From positions 19,468,001-19,532,000 of the forward strand of contig JBHGNT010000006.1 of assembly GCA_043228905.1 (NCBI GenBank): DNA of 64,000 nucleotides, in the 5' to 3' direction. The position numbers were made by a program, and so were the translations under genes. Origin of the DNA: Azolla caroliniana. Taxonomy: Eukaryota > Plantae > Polypodiophyta. Of the stretch, positions 12,301-26,870 are shown piece by piece. Position 1 is the stretch's first letter. Each line of letters begins with the position of its first letter. The notes beneath the pieces are model-generated. The model was not told where the DNA came from. It did no database searches and was given only the letters and a program-made list of their open reading frames with translations.

Positions 12301-14764
12301 AAGTATTTTACCCAATCCCGACCCATTATCCAAAAAAGGAAGCTGAACCATCTGATGGTAATGGTTCACTAGTTCAGCCTATGCCAGTCCCACATGTAAA
12401 GAAAATACCTAAGTGGGCTCAACAACTCTTCAATGATCATACTCCTAAAGTTGAGTTTCCTGAAACTTCAACTGATGGATTACGAAGATCAAGAAGAATA
12501 CAGGAGCAAGGAAGAACCTCTGACCACATTGTCAACATGGCTCTGATGGTGGACATCATAGGCTCAGTGAGTGAGCCGACCTCGGTGGAGGAAGCTATGG
12601 CCGACCCGAAGTGGAAAGAGGCGATGATATCAGAATATGATAGCATCATGAAAAATGACACATGGGAGTTGGTAGAGAGGCCAACAAAGAAGAAGGTGAT
12701 AGGCACGAAGTGGGTATGGAAAGTAAAGTATAAAGTTGATGGCTCTTTGGAGAAATTCAAGGCCAGGCTAGTAGCGCAAGGATACTCCCAAATTGAAGGG
12801 TTCGATGTACAAGAAACATTTGCCCCGACAGCTCGCATGACAACAATTCGAATGGTCATAGCGTTGGCTACTTCAAGAGGATGGCTGATTTATCAAATGG
12901 ATGTCAAATCAGCATTTCTGAATGGGCATCTCAAGGAGGAGGTATATGTGACACAACCACCGGGGTTTGAGATACCGGATTCAGAAAACAAAGTTTGCAA
13001 GCTGAAGAAGGCACTATATGGTCTAAAGCAAGCACCAAGAGCTTGGAACAAGAGGATAGACAGCTTCTTACGATCAATCGACTTTAAGCAATGTGCTTCG
13101 GATGCAAGTATGTATGTCAAAATGAAGGACGGGAAACAAGTCATCATTATCATTTACGTGGATGATCTAGTACTTACTGGTGACCATGAAGAGTGCATTG
13201 GCCAAACACAAGAGTGTTTGAAAACTGAGTTCGAAATGACAGACTTGGGGATTCTACACTACTTCCTTGGAATTGAGGTTTGGCAAACCTTGGTCGGCAT
13301 CTTCATGTCACAAAGAAAGTATGCAACAGAGATCTTGAAGACCTTCGGGATGATGGACAGCAAGTCGAAGTCGACTCCAATGGAGTCAAACTGCAAGCTA
13401 TCCCAAGAAGACTCATCACCAATGGTTGACATAAGGAAGTATAGACAACTAGTAGGAAGTCTAATTTTCCTATGCAACACTAGGCCGGATATTTGTTTTG
13501 CAGTCAATGTGGTGAGTCGATTCAGCAACAAGCCGAAGGAGACTCATTGGAACGCTGCTCTACGTGTATTAAAGTACATTGTGGGTACTTTAAATTATGG
13601 AATCTTCTACAAGCCAACAATTGACCAACTTAGTGGATATTGCGACTCCGATTGGGCTGGAGATAGTGATTCCAGAAAATCAGTTTCTGGATATTGTTTT
13701 TCAATAGGATCTGGAGCTGTTTCATGGAGTAGTAAAAAACAACCAACAGTGGCACTATCTTCAACGGAGGCAGAATACAAAGCAGCATGCATAGCGGCAT
13801 GCGAGGTAGTTTGGCTAAGAAGAATCCTTATGGATGTGGCAGTCCCAATAAGGACGGCAACGGTATTGAGGTGTGACAATCAGAGTTGCATGGCCATTGC
13901 CAAGAACCCCGTATTTCATGCACGTACTAAACACATAGAGATTCAGTATCACTATGTGCGGGAGCTAATAAATGATGAGATTGTGGAGCTTGAGTATTGT
14001 CCAACATCAGAAAATGCTGCAGATATCTTCACAAAGGCGCTTGGAGCAGAACAGTTGCAACAACACCTTCGACGACTAGGTGTTGGCCCAATTCCAAGTG
14101 AACTCAATGGGTTGATCATTGAGGGGGCATGTTAGATATAATCAATGATCAGCCCCAAGTTGTAAATCTATCCCCATATGTGCTCTTAAGAGTGCACATT
14201 TTGTGATAGCGCCCCAAATGAGGAGCGGCTAGTGTGCAACTCGACCATATGGGTCGATAAGGTGTTAATCTAGGAAACTGTAGATGCGTAGGACACAATA
14301 TATTTAGGAAAGAGAGAAATAGATAAAAGGATTGGCTAATCAAGTCAGCTAGAATATTTTGTGGGCAAGTTACGATGTACTTAGTCTTGAAGTATGCGTC
14401 ATTGACTTCAAGATAAGTATTATCTAGCACTAGCCTGTACCTAGGGAGTTGGGTCATATTAAATGACAAGTCAGTTGACAGAAAAGGAATATCTCCACTA
14501 CTGTCAACTGACTTGCACATTTATACTAAGACCAAACATAGATTATAAGTCACTTTTCTCACACAGTGGTCAGATTGATCATTAGTCCCCACTAATTTTG
14601 TAGTGAGCCGGTCCATATCCTATCTAAGCTCTAAGGTGTGAGCGCATGGGAAAACTACCATTTTGAACTACTCTCATATGTAATAGAAATTCTGTTTTTC
14701 ATATATCCATCTCTGCAGTTGTAACTCTATATACCTATCTACTCGATTCTCAATATTTCTAATA
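9304..14764 (+). mobile_element. Full-length young Ty1/copia element (Ale/Retrofit-like)
   Basis: LTRs 9304-9937 and 14130-14764 (1 substitution and 1 indel seen); TSD CCCAC; Met-i PBS 9938-9949; PPT GAGGGGGCA 14121-14129. Confidence 0.96.
10041..14135 (+). pseudogene. gag-pol: Copia gag-pol (gag, PR, INT, RT, RNase H) with two in-frame stops
   Basis: ORFs 10041-12059 and 12216-14135 share a frame; stops TAA 12057 and TAG 12192 in otherwise conserved sequence; CFYCDKKGHTIKDC, WILDSGAS, YVDDL, CDSDWAG motifs. Confidence 0.93.
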
Positions 14765-16898
14765 CCCACCTATGCCTTAGTTGTAGCAAAACCTTTACCA
14801 AGAGAGTCATATAATGTGTCTCCATCAAATACTTCAACTCCAATGGAAATCGACACCACATGTCGTTGCAGACCATTATCAGAAGAGGAAAAGCAGTGAC
14901 AACAAGAAAATCGACTATGTCTTTATTGTTGTGGACCGGGGCATATTGCAGTGAACTGTCCTCATAGGCCAAGAAGACGGGTAAATCAAATAGTCGCTAG
15001 TACTAATAGTATTAAACCTAAGTCTATTTCATTAGGAGTGCCGGATAGTCCTAATAGCCTAAGCCTATAAAACAAATTTGAAGTTCTTAGTCAATTAGAA
15101 GAAGAATTAAACAACTAAGTCCAGCCAAAATAGCAGTTGTTTGGTTGGATAGTCCTAGATTTGTGCAGCCCATTAATGGTTCCATTCCCTCTACGCAAGT
15201 TAGCAATGTCTTCCTAGCTCAAGTAACAATTAGTACTAAAAGTAATCCTCCAATACATATCTTAGCAGTCCTAGATTCCGGAGCCAAGTCTTGCTTCATG
15301 GATAAGAATTTTGCCCAAGCTCATCAGATATCCCTAAAAAAACTCCCTTGCCCAGCTTCTGTAGTAGTCATTGATGGTCGCCCCATTGCTTCTGGAAATA
15401 TCGTAGAAGAGTCAGGGCCGATTAATGTTGTCCTAAATAACTTGGCATGTTTAATATCATTTAATATAATTAGTAGTCCAGAGCATCCAATTGTTTTGGG
15501 GTTACCATGGTTCGAAATACACAATCCGGACGTAGATTTGATAACAAGATAAATCGGGTATCGACAACCTCGAGGATCTACTCATAAGATTTCAATGATT
15601 TCACTACATCAATTGTGTGAGGAAGGACGCAAGGAAGAAATGTTTGTATTCACAGTATAAGTGAAACCTTCCAACACCGCTGAGGAGTCAACAATTCAAC
15701 TTCCAAAGAAGTATCATCATTACGACGACATTTTTGGTAAGGTAAAAGTTAGTACTCTTCCTCACCATCGATCGTAAGATTGTCCAATTGATTTACAACG
15801 AGGAAAAGAGCCACCGTGGGGACTGATCTACAACTTGTCACCAACCGAGCTTGAAGTTCTTTGAGACTACATAGAGGAAAATTTGGCAAACGGGTTCATT
15901 CGACATTCGAAATCTCCAATCAGAGCACCTATTTTATTTGTTAAGAAAAACGATGGATCACTTCTTCTAGTCGTGAATTGACGTGGCTTGAATAAGGTCA
16001 CCATCACGAATAGGTATGCACTTCCCATGATCTCGAGTCTCTTAGAAAGAATTAATGGCGCAAAGTTTTTTAAAAATCAACTTATGAGGAGCATATAACC
16101 TCGTATGGATTCGACTGGGAGAAGAATGTAAGACAACTTTCTACACCCAATATGGGCATTTCGAGTATATGGTTATGCCATTCGGCCTCACCAATGTGGC
16201 AACGGTTTCCAGCACATGGCAAACGATATATTCCGAGATATTTTGGACATCTGTTTGATCATCTACTTGGATGATCAACAAGTTTATTCAAAGACACAAG
16301 AGGAGCAGACGACTACGAGAACATGGTCTTTCTACAAAGTTGGAAAAGTGTAGCTTTGACTGTAATTAGGTGGAATTTCTAGGCTATGTCATCTCATCGG
16401 AAGGCATCTCTATGGATCTAGCTAAATTTCAAACTATGTTTGAGTGGTAGAGTCCACGCTCATTGCGAGATGTGCAATGCTTTTTAGGATTCTCAAACTT
16501 TTATCGCAAGTTTATACAGGACTACTCAAAGCTTATTGTGCCGCTCACACAACTTACAAAGAAGGGGCAATCATTTGTTTAGACTAAGGATGCAGATACG
16601 GCTTTTGAGTGTTAGATAGATCTAAAGTAAGCATATGATAAGGATAAAAGATAGATAAATAAGAAAGGAGAGAGAGAGAAAGAAGGGTGCTGATCCACCC
16701 AACCACCCCCGAGCGAAGGGATCGAAACAGACTCGAGCCTCGATCATCGTCCCATACCACCGTCGTGGCGTCGAGTCGTACCTGGTGATGGCGTGCTCGC
16801 TACAAGAGTTGACCCACCACAAGAATAGAGTCTCAACGTAGTCAAGAGATTCTCAAATGAGGGTAGCTAAGCCTCATATTTATAGCCAGACCCAAGGT

Positions 16899-19366
16899 TG
16901 TCACATTCTAGACTCAAACATCTAATTTTTAACACACGATACACTGTGTTGTGTTAACCATATGGAAACTCTTGTGAATTGTCCACATTCGATTGTGAAC
17001 TTGTATATATTGTAGATTCTAATGTATAGTACATTTGCGAATATTCTAATCGTTAGTATATTCTAGAATTATTCTGTGGTATATTCTAAACGGGTATATT
17101 CTCGAGATATTTCTTGAGTATATTCTAGAGATATTCAATCTCGGAAATTGTATAAATACTTGTAACATCCTTGGTCCCTTTCAAGGAATTCAACACCAGT
17201 CATTGACACATCAATCTAGTATTCTCGTTTTGCCTCATCTTTGTCTCCTTGATCTTTATTTATATCTTCATGCTCTCATGTCGCTCACGACGTCTAGAAT
17301 TCCTAGGCTTGCCACATCTAGCTCCAAGTTCATCCATCGCTCATAGCCCCATCATCTGTGGTCCGTCCTAGTCTACCACTTGGTGTGTCCGTGACAGTTT
17401 GAATCCCTTCCAACTGGGAGCACCACCCGTCTTCGTCATCGCCTTTGCTTTTCGAGTTACCATCATCACCGTCCTTGCTTCCGGAGTTACCATCATCAAC
17501 AACCTTATCTTTGATGTCATCATTTTCAGCACCTCTTCGCCCAACCATCATCGTCATCAACACTACTTTTCATCATTTTTAGGTATCATTTTGTATCACG
17601 ATTTTGGTGAGGAGTGCTTTCGATCACTCACCTTCCCATTTCCGGTAGGGGTCACAACTACTCACTTTCCTGGTGGGGATCGGATCATTGCTCACTTGCA
17701 CTGCATTTTCGTTATAGTTCAAGACTCGTGTCACTTTCTGTTGGCGAGGACCAATTTCGATCGCTCACCTTCTAGTTTCAGTGGGGGTCACAACCGCTCA
17801 CTTTCCTGGTGGGGATTGTGTGGGTTTCTCGCTAGTGCTACCGTTTGTTCCGTGTCTTGGGTCAACCTCGACTATTGACCCTCTCATAATAGAAGAAGTC
17901 GAGTCGACCTCTTCACTTGCACTCCTTCGCTCGTTGTTGTTCCAGTTCTTGGTAAGGGCCGCGTGGTCGCTCACGCCCGTTCGTGTTTTCGATGAGGACC
18001 AGACATGGTCGCTCACGTTTCCAATTCCCGATGAGGGCCACACATGGTCGCTCACATCCATTCGTGTTCCAGTTCTCGGTGAGGGCCGCTTGGTCGCTCA
18101 CGCCCGTTCGTGTTTTTGATGAGGACTGCACATGGTCACTCATGTTCCAGTTCCCGATGAGGGCCACCCATGGTCGCTCACGTTCGTTCGTGTTCCAATT
18201 CTCGGTGAGGGTCGCATGGTCGCTCACGTCCATTCATTTTCCAGTTCTTGGTGAGGGCCACATGGTCACTCACGTCCGTTCGTGTTCCAGTTCTCGGTGA
18301 GGACCGCATGGTCGCTCACGCCCGTTGGTGTTCGTGTTCCAACTCTCGGCGAGGACCGACATGGTCTCTCATGCCTGTTGGTGTTCGTGTTCCTTGTGAG
18401 GACCACACATGGTCGCTCACTCCAACTATTGTTCGTGTTCCAGATCCCGATGAGGATCGACATGGTCACTCGTGCCTGTTGTTGTTCATGTTTCAATTCC
18501 CGGTGAGGACCACACATGGTCGCTCATGCCCGTTGGTGGTTGTGTTCCAACTCTCGGTGAGGACTGACATGGTCTCTCATGCCCATTGGTGTTCGTGTTC
18601 CCCATGAGGACCACACATGATCACTCATGCCTGTTGGTATTCGTGTTCAAGTTCCCGACGAGGACCGCACATGGTCGCTCATGCCTGTTGGTGTTCGTGC
18701 TCCCTATGAGGACCGTACATGGTCGCCCATGCCTATTGGTGTTCAATACCTTGTCTTCTGGAAGGGTTACTCCTTGTCTAGGATTTACAAAATACTTTGG
18801 AGGTGGTTTAAGCTTTTCATCAACAGTATCCCCTTAAGCCAAAGACCAGTTTGGGAAGGCGGCGTAAGAGGGGGGATAATGTCACATTCTAGACTTGAAC
18901 CTCTGACTTTTAACACACACAATACATTGTGTTATGTTAACCATATGGAAACTCTTGTGAACTGTCCACATTCGATTGTGAACTTGTATATATTGTAGAG
19001 TCTAGTGTATAGTACATTCTAGAATATTCTAATCATTAGTATATTCTAGAATTATTCTGTGGTATATTCTAAATGGGTATATTCTCGAGTATATTCTAGA
19101 GATATTCAATCTCGGAAATTGTATAAATGCTTGTAACATCCTTGGTTCCTTTCAAGGGATTCAACACCAATCATTAACACATTAATCTAGTATTCTCGTT
19201 TCGCCTCATCTTTTTCTCCTTGATCTTTATTTTTGTCTTCATTCTCTCATGTCACTCACAAAATCTAGACTTCCCAGGCTTGCCACATCTAGCTTCAAGT
19301 TCATCCGTCGCTCATAGCCCCATCATCTGTGGTCAGTCCTAGTCTGCGCTTGGTGTTTCCGTGATA
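16899..19366 (+). mobile_element. Non-autonomous, non-coding LTR element with internal tandem array
   Basis: Direct repeats 16899-17396 and 18880-19366 (TGTCAC..GTGACA/GTGATA); purine tract ending GGGGGATAA before the 3' LTR; no retro-domain ORF; no clear TSD. Confidence 0.85.
17930..18745 (+). repeat. Degenerate tandem array of about 35-50 bp units (core CATGGTCGCTCA...TTCGTGTTCC...GTGAGG)
   Basis: Recurrent unit visible in the DNA and as TWSLT repeats in the overlapping ORF translations. Confidence 0.9.
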
Positions 19367-22300
19367 GTGGCCCCCAGGCAAGTTCACACTTGGCCTAATG
19401 GGATGTCTCAATCTCGAGGATTAAAAGTAATCATCCCCTTCTTTACACTCTCGTTTAACCCTCACACTTTATCCACGTGTGTAGAATACTGCGGTACATT
19501 CTCACCATGGGATATTATATGGTTATGCCCGTAACATACTCCCCCTTCTTTAAAACATTGCACTCTTGCAATGGAAAGTTAGGGAAGTTAGTTCTAAGAG
19601 TATTTTCGCGTTCTCCTGTGGCATCTTTGATAGATTTATCCATCCATTTAATTTTAAATTCTCGGATTATTTTAGAATTCTTTCTGGTCCATGTGGTTTA
19701 GAAGATAATTCTTCGGAAGTAACCAGAGTTTCAATTCTCACTATATTGTCGTCAGAACCAAGAAGTTCTTTTAGACGACTTACATGAAAAACTAGATGGA
19801 TTTCAACGCCATCAAGAAGAGCAAGACAATAGGCAGATGACCCAATGCGTTTGAGGACAGTAAAAGGTCCACAAAACCGTGGGGCTGACTTAGCGCACTT
19901 ACCAGTAGACAATGTGTTAGAATTGTGAGGTACATGTAAAAATACCTTCTGTCCAGGGTTGAATAGACAAGGTTGCCTATTATGATCGGCATAAAAACGC
20001 GTTCTATCTTGAGATGTTTTTATATTATCTCATGCAATATGCCACATATCTTGCATATCCCGAAGAAAGTTTTGCGTACTTCGCAACTCATCATGATATA
20101 TATTAACATCAATAGGGGCTCGTGGCTGGAAACCATACATCAACATAAAAGGACTATATCTCGTCGATGTATGTTTGGAGTTGTTATAAGCCAACTTCAA
20201 AATTGGGAGATAACGTTCCCATTTTGTTGGTTTTGTACCAACATCTGCACAGAGCATGTCCTCAATCATTTGATTTACTCGTTTTGTCTGTCCATCGGAT
20301 TGAGGATGATCCATGGAGCTCATGCTCAATGTAGTTTCTAACTTCTTAAAGACTTGCGTCCAAAAGTCGCTAGTAAACTTTGGATCTCGATCACTCACGA
20401 TATCCATCGGTAACTCATAAAAACGAAATAACTCTTCAACAAATTGGTAAGCCAATTTAGAAACTGTTACTGTGGTTTTAGTAGCAATAAATCTAGCCAT
20501 TTTAGTTAGTCGATCAACCAAAACCCAGATGGCATCATGGCCTTTTTGGGTGTGAGGAAGGCAACAATAAAATCCATGGATATACTGTCCCACTTATTGG
20601 CCTTTTTGGGTGTGAGGAAGGCAACAATAAAATCCATGGATATACTGTCCCACTTATTATTGGGAATGTCCAAGGGATGTAAACGTTCAACGGCTTCAAG
20701 TCGCTCGGCTTTGTTAACCTGACACTGGTGACATTTAGCCACATAGCTATGTATGTCAGGACACATCTTAGGCCAAAAAAATTGAGTAGATATGAGAATG
20801 AGTGTGTGATGTATTCTAGGGTGCCCTACTGATGGTGCATCATGGCATTCAAAAAGAATTCTCTTTTTGACCACAGGAATATTTGGAACACAAACCTTCC
20901 CATTATGGTTAGATTAGTCCGTTAGCAATGTGGAAGGATTCCTTCGAGGATGTGGTGGTATTTGTTCTAGACTCAACGCTTGCCCAGTATTTTGCAAAAT
21001 AATTGTCATCAGGATACTTTCCTCGAAGGTGATCATAAAGATCTGATGTTATTTTAGTGAAGCTAAGCATGTTAACTTCACAGATGCGACTTAGTGCATC
21101 AACGACAATGTTCATGGAACCTTTACGATATCTTATGGAAAAATCAAAGTCCTAGATGAGATTTGCCCATCATGCCTTACGACCTTTCAGGTTTTGTTGA
21201 TCACAAAAATATTTCAAGGACTCGTGGTCTGTAGTTACCACAAAATGATTTCCATAAAGATAATAGTGCCATGTCTTGAGCGCATGAATAATTGCAAATA
21301 ATTCCTTTTCTTGCATGGTATACCGACACTGAGCAGAATCAAGTTTCTTACTCTCAAATGTTGTTGGTTTTCCATCTTGATATAGGACGGCTCCTATAGC
21401 ATAATCACTTGTGTCGGTTTTAACCTAAAAAGGTTTTGAAGGATCTCGTAAAAGAAGCGAAGGAGCCTTGCACACCAAGTCCTTGAGTTCCTTAAAGGCG
21501 AGGTCTAGTGTAGCATTCCACACAATAGGTTTTGTAGATTTATGCGTTTGCCCTTTGAGCAGATTAGCAAACGATGTCGTCAATTGGGAGTAATTATGAA
21601 GAGATTTTCGCAGAAACCCGACAAAACCAAGGAATGATCGAACTTCTCAAATATTCCGAAGAGTGGGCCAAGGTTTGACTTTCTCTATGCGAGAAGGATC
21701 AATTTCAACTCCTTGTTCGGTTATCAAATGTCCAAGATAAGTAATTGATTTCTTGAAGAACACACATTTTGAGATCTTCGTGTAAAACTATTTGTCGCGC
21801 AATGTTTGTAAAACAAATCGGACATGTTTAGCATGTGCTTCTAATGTACGACTATAAACTAGAATGTCATCCAAGAAAATAACAACAAAATTTCCAAGTT
21901 GTTCTCGAAAAATGTCGTTCATTTCCCATTGAAATGTGGTTGGAGCATTGGTCAAACCGAAAGGCATAACCAAAAACTCATAATGGTCATAGTGCGTATG
22001 AAATGTCGTTTTAGGAACATCTTCCTCACTTATACGAATTTGATGGTAGCCCGTACGAAGATCAAGTTTCGTAAAATACCGAGCTCCCTAGAGACAGTCA
22101 ATTAGATCGTCAGCCCGGGGCAATAGATATGAATTCTTGATCATTATTTTATTTAAGTGTCAGTAAGTAATACACATACGCCATGTGCCCTCTTTCTTTT
22201 TTACCAAGAGAATAGGTGCACCCCATCGAGATGTACTATGACGTATATAACCCATTCGTAAATATTCCTTGAGTTTCTTAGATACCTCATCCTTTTCGGA

Positions 22301-24009
22301 TCGACTTAATCGATAAGGAGGTATACTTATTGGTGCAACACTAGGTACAATATCTATATGATGGTCTATATTAGGTTTAGGAGGTAACCCATGTGGTAGT
22401 TCACTCGGAAAAACATCACGAAAATCATTAAAGATTTCATCGAGTTGTTGTTGTTCAAAATATGATAAATGACCTGAGACACTATAGATATTATAAATGT
22501 GAATGTTTGGATCAAGTACACAATAAAATAGAGAAGAACAAGACAACTCGGATATTGATGGAGAGGAAACAATCGAAAGAGATTGTTTATTTACACATTG
22601 AATAAAATGAATACAATCAATGAGTACAAAGGAAATGGAATGGTGAACCCAATAAATAGATAAAGAAGAGTTTTTATTAAAAAACCAGGGATAACCCAAT
22701 ATAACATCAATGGTACAAAGATTTATTACATGGAAGTCTACTTCCTCTATACAAATATCAATAGAAATTCCTAATGAATGAATCCCCCATTGATGTATTG
22801 TACTCTTCCATCAGAACAAGTGCACCTTATAGGTGTGATCACTTACGGTGGGTTGAATTCCCCATATCTGAACCAAACGAACATTCATAAAGTTATTATG
22901 AGCCATCTAGTCGTTATTATGAGCCATTGAATGATAATTTCTGCCAAAGAAATAGGATAAGGTCAAACAAATAGTCATAACATCATGTCGTGATGCAAAC
23001 ATATCATGGGCCAACATTAATCGATATCAAGATCTCATGTCAATATCCCTCTAGACGTATGAGATGAGGTTCAAGATCAGATTACTATGGTAACACAAAG
23101 GTGTTTTAAAAACCATGGGGGTGACAAATGAATGTCTTTCCCTAATCTCTAGATCGATTTTTTCATGGCTACTCCCCGAGGCTCAACCATATATGTTTGT
23201 GTCACGAATAGTTTAAACACGAAAAAATGTTAACAATAAACTATGTTTTTGTGCCCACGTATGTGGTTTCGGCTCGTTAAGTCCTATTACGAGGACCCCA
23301 AAGTGCACTTAGGCCTAAAGTCTAAACATGTGTTATAGTCATACATGTATCAACAATGTTGTATGGTCTTGGTCATTTTTGAACTCGAGAACAAATGCAT
23401 TAAACACTTGAGCTAACCAATCGGTTTGCTCATTGTGAATGTTTAATGTTTTATGCGTATAAGGGATATGCGAAGGAATTTGCCCATATATGTTTTTTAA
23501 AAGAAAACATATATGTCGAGAGTCCTTATTCCCCCCTCGTTTACAACAAAACTATGTCGGTACGTTACCTAACCTCAAGTCTCACAATTATGCTAGCATA
23601 CGCCAAAGTGTAACCTAATGGTCAAGCCAAATGAGCTCTCTTTTCATAGTAGGCCCACGTGGCCCATCAAATGATTACGTCATTACGAATGCATTCCGTA
23701 ATGATGATCTCATGGTGGCAACATATCCATGTAATGAGGGAGAGATGTTGGATACGTGTGTCATAGGAGCGACCTCACATGAAGTGGGTCATGCCCTATG
23801 CTCTCAACAACATTGTGGCTATGATCGTTTCGTTATAACGCGTAGCGAAATTGAAGTGACCAACGGGGATGTCACCAAAAAAATTGTTGAAAAAAGGATG
23901 GTGACGACGCCATTCTCACAAAAATGTGACGATGGCTACCACGATCCTTTCCCCAAAAAGGACAATGTTCGATATACAAAATCACGTAATAACTAATATA
24001 CACAGTACT

Positions 24010-26252
24010 CGTTCAACATTTCGGCTGACAACACCTTAGTTGGCATGTCTGACCTGTTCTCCGTTGTATCTACCTTTACTAGAGCAAACTCCTTCTCTTC
24101 TACTTGCTCTCAGAGCGAATGATATCTCCTCTAGCTTGGTCTTCGCGTGGTAGGCAACATTTTTTGCAAGGTGGATGGCACTCTGGTTATCGCAATGGAG
24201 TCAGTATTGCTCTTGTCGAATTCCCAACTCTCCGATAAATTCCTTCCTCCAAATTATTTCCTTACCGGCTTCCGATGCGGTCATGTACTCAGCTTCCGTG
24301 GTCGACAACACCACGGTCTTCTACAGCCTCGACTACCACAAAAAGACTCCCCCTGCATAAGTCATCACATACCTAGACGTGGATCAACTGGTATTCGCAT
24401 GAGCTGACATGTCTAAATCCGTGTAACCTTCCAATGTCCTGAGCCAAATCGTAGACACACGCTCGAGGTGCCTCATAGGTACCACAATATCCACTTGACC
24501 GCTGCCCAATGCTCTCTTCCAGGATTGCTCATATATCAGCTTATGACTCCAACTGCATAACCAATGTCTGGCCTAGTGCAAACCATTGCATACATTAGGC
24601 TTCCAACTGATGAGGTATAAGGGACCTTTGACATCTCGGCCTTCTCATCTTTCAATTTTGAACATTGGCCTTTACATAGCATACATTTTGTCGGCAGTGT
24701 CGAGCCGACCGGTTTCGCGCTTTCCATGCCGAATCTCTAGAGCACTTTTGTCACGTACTTCTCCTGTGACAACCACAACAATCTCTTTGTTTGATCCCGA
24801 ACAATGTGCAATCCCAAGATTTATTTTGCCAAACCCATATCTTTTATCGAGAACGACCTACTCAAGGCCTTCTTCAAGTTACCAATTTTCCTCGGGTCTT
24901 GTCCGACAATCAGCATGTCGTCCACATGCAACAAGAGTATGAGGAAGTCTCCTCCATCAAACTTCTTCACAAACACGCAGTGATCAGTTTGCGTTTTGTG
25001 GTACCCGTTGTCGGTCATGAAGGGTTCGAATTTTCAGTACCATTGCCAAGGTACCTGCTTTAGCCCATACAAGCTCTTCCTCAATCGGCATACCAGGTTT
25101 TCATTACCTTCCTCAATCCTTCCAGTTGGTGCATGTAAATCTCTTCCTCCAAATCTCCATGAAGGACGGTAGTCTTGACATCTAACTGCTCTACTTCAAG
25201 ATCCATGCTGGTCGCGATGCTCAACACTGTTTGGATTGATGTCATCTTCACGACTGGTGCAAACATTTCATCAAAATCGACACCCTGCTTCTATTGAAAG
25301 CCTTTCACCATGATTCAGGCTTTATACCTAGGCGGATTCCCGCCGTCTCCAGGTTTCAACTTGTATAGCCACTTATTCGTATGTGTGGTTCTCATGCAAG
25401 GAATCCATCTCCTCTTGCATGACACTTAACCACTTTCGGTTGTGGGAATCACTCTTAGCTTCTTTGAAGCTTTTCGGATCCTCCTCACCGGTTAGCAGTA
25501 CATACTCTATCTCTGAAAATATCCAGGGGGGCCTTCTCTCTCTCAATGGATATCTTCGGCCTCCATTCGGCACAATCGGTTTTTCTTTGATTTCTTCGGT
25601 CGGTTCCCCTTGGTCTTTAGTCGGTTCTTGATTTTGCTGAGTATTAAATTGGCCAACTAGGTCGTATTCGATTTCGATCGAATCGACTTCTACTCGATTC
25701 GACTGAGCATCGACTCGGCCCAATTCAGTAGTTTGAGACTTATTCTCAATCTCCCAATTGACAATCGTCTTCTCTTCCATGAAGACGATGTCTCAGCTCC
25801 TAATCAACTTCTTCTCGACAAAGTCCCATAGCCGATAGCCGAATTCATCATCGTCGTAGCCGAGAAATATACATGGCTGAGATTTCGGGTTCAGCTTACC
25901 CCTCTGGTCCTTTGCAACGTGCACATAGGCAAGACATCTGAACACCCTCAAGTATTAGTATGAAACGTATTTGCCGCTCCACACCCTAAGTTGTGGAATA
26001 TCACCATCCAAAGGTACTGAGGATGATTGGTTTATCACATGTGCTACCGTCATCGGCGCCTCAGCCTAGAACGTCTTTGGTAACTTTACATGTGCAAGCA
26101 TACTTCCGACCCTCTCCATTACGGTCTGGTTCATCCTCTCGGCCAGCCCATTAAGCGTTGGCGTCTTCGGCACAGTATACTCGAGCCAGATTCCCTACGC
26201 TCAACAATATTCTTCGAACGGTCTGCGGTATTCTCCGCCATTGTCTGCCCGT
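24010..26252 (-). pseudogene. Decayed Tork-like copia fragment (INT, RT, RNase H)
   Basis: ORF pieces 24536-25780 (FAPVVKMTSI, LLLHVDDML, TRPDIGYAVG) homologous to 55503-57596; cut at 26252 by the next LTR. Confidence 0.85.
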
Positions 26253-26870
26253 TGTCGTGAAGATTTTTGGAAATAGTGTAAAAATCGTGTGGAACAAACA
26301 AAATCGAGAAAGTGTAATGAGCTCTCAAACATTTGTAAATAAAATAAGACTAAAGCCTAGTAACCTTTGAGTCTATACAAAGGGGTGCAAGCAAGGCTTG
26401 AACCTTGCACCTCCATGATAAGAGACAAATTAACTTACCACTAAAGCCAGTACTAAGTGCTTTAGATTTTGTATATTCTCTTTTCATATTCAATATTTCG
26501 TAGGAAGCAAACATATAAAAACCATGAGCACAAAACCATAGTTTTAACCCATGGTTTTAGCCCATAGTTTCTGCATGGAGAGACCTATAAACGCCTATAA
26601 TGGGGCTTGTGTAAGGAGGCAACTGATGTAAGTAGAAAAAAAACTTGTAATCAAAGATCCGAGTTATCCTAATGGTGATGTATCTTGTCTCATAAAACTA
26701 AAGTCAAGGGTTCAATCTCTATCTCAATCTCTCTCTATCTCTTCATCCATCTATCTATCTTCAATACTTTCTTGCTTACGTTTTTAAAAACATCGAATCC
26801 TTCCGGTCTAGGACCCCAGTGGTCCCACTTCATTTCACGAACACACGAGGATTTCCTCGACATCTCCGAC

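Larger units (their letters stand above)
7988..16609 (+). mobile_element. Decayed Tcn1-like chromovirus (relative of 43787-49481), split by copia at 9304-14764 and truncated at 16609
   Basis: LTR 7988-8462 (TGTCA..TGACA); gag fragment 8771-9172 and protease 15145-15552 (LDSGA) align by eye with 44312-45481 and 45508 onward; many stops. Confidence 0.88.
16610..22950 (-). mobile_element. Decayed Ty3/gypsy chromovirus-like element (PR-RT-RH-INT-chromodomain remnant; 3' LTR 19536 to 16610, interrupted)
   Basis: RT fragments 22160-22699 and 21788-21973 (FLDDIL); integrase 20030-20874; KWMDKSIKDAT chromodomain-like remnant near 19600-19650; minus PPT AAGAAGGGGGAGTA before TGTTAC at 19536; upstream boundary unclear. 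Confidence 0.8.

Noticed and set aside
17930-18745. Repeat array superficially like CRISPR
   Set aside because: Units are contiguous and degenerate with no unique spacers; eukaryotic retroelement context; no cas genes
22950-24010. ORF 23631-23996 as a gene
   Set aside because: No domain recognised; probably decayed interior of the minus-strand gypsy
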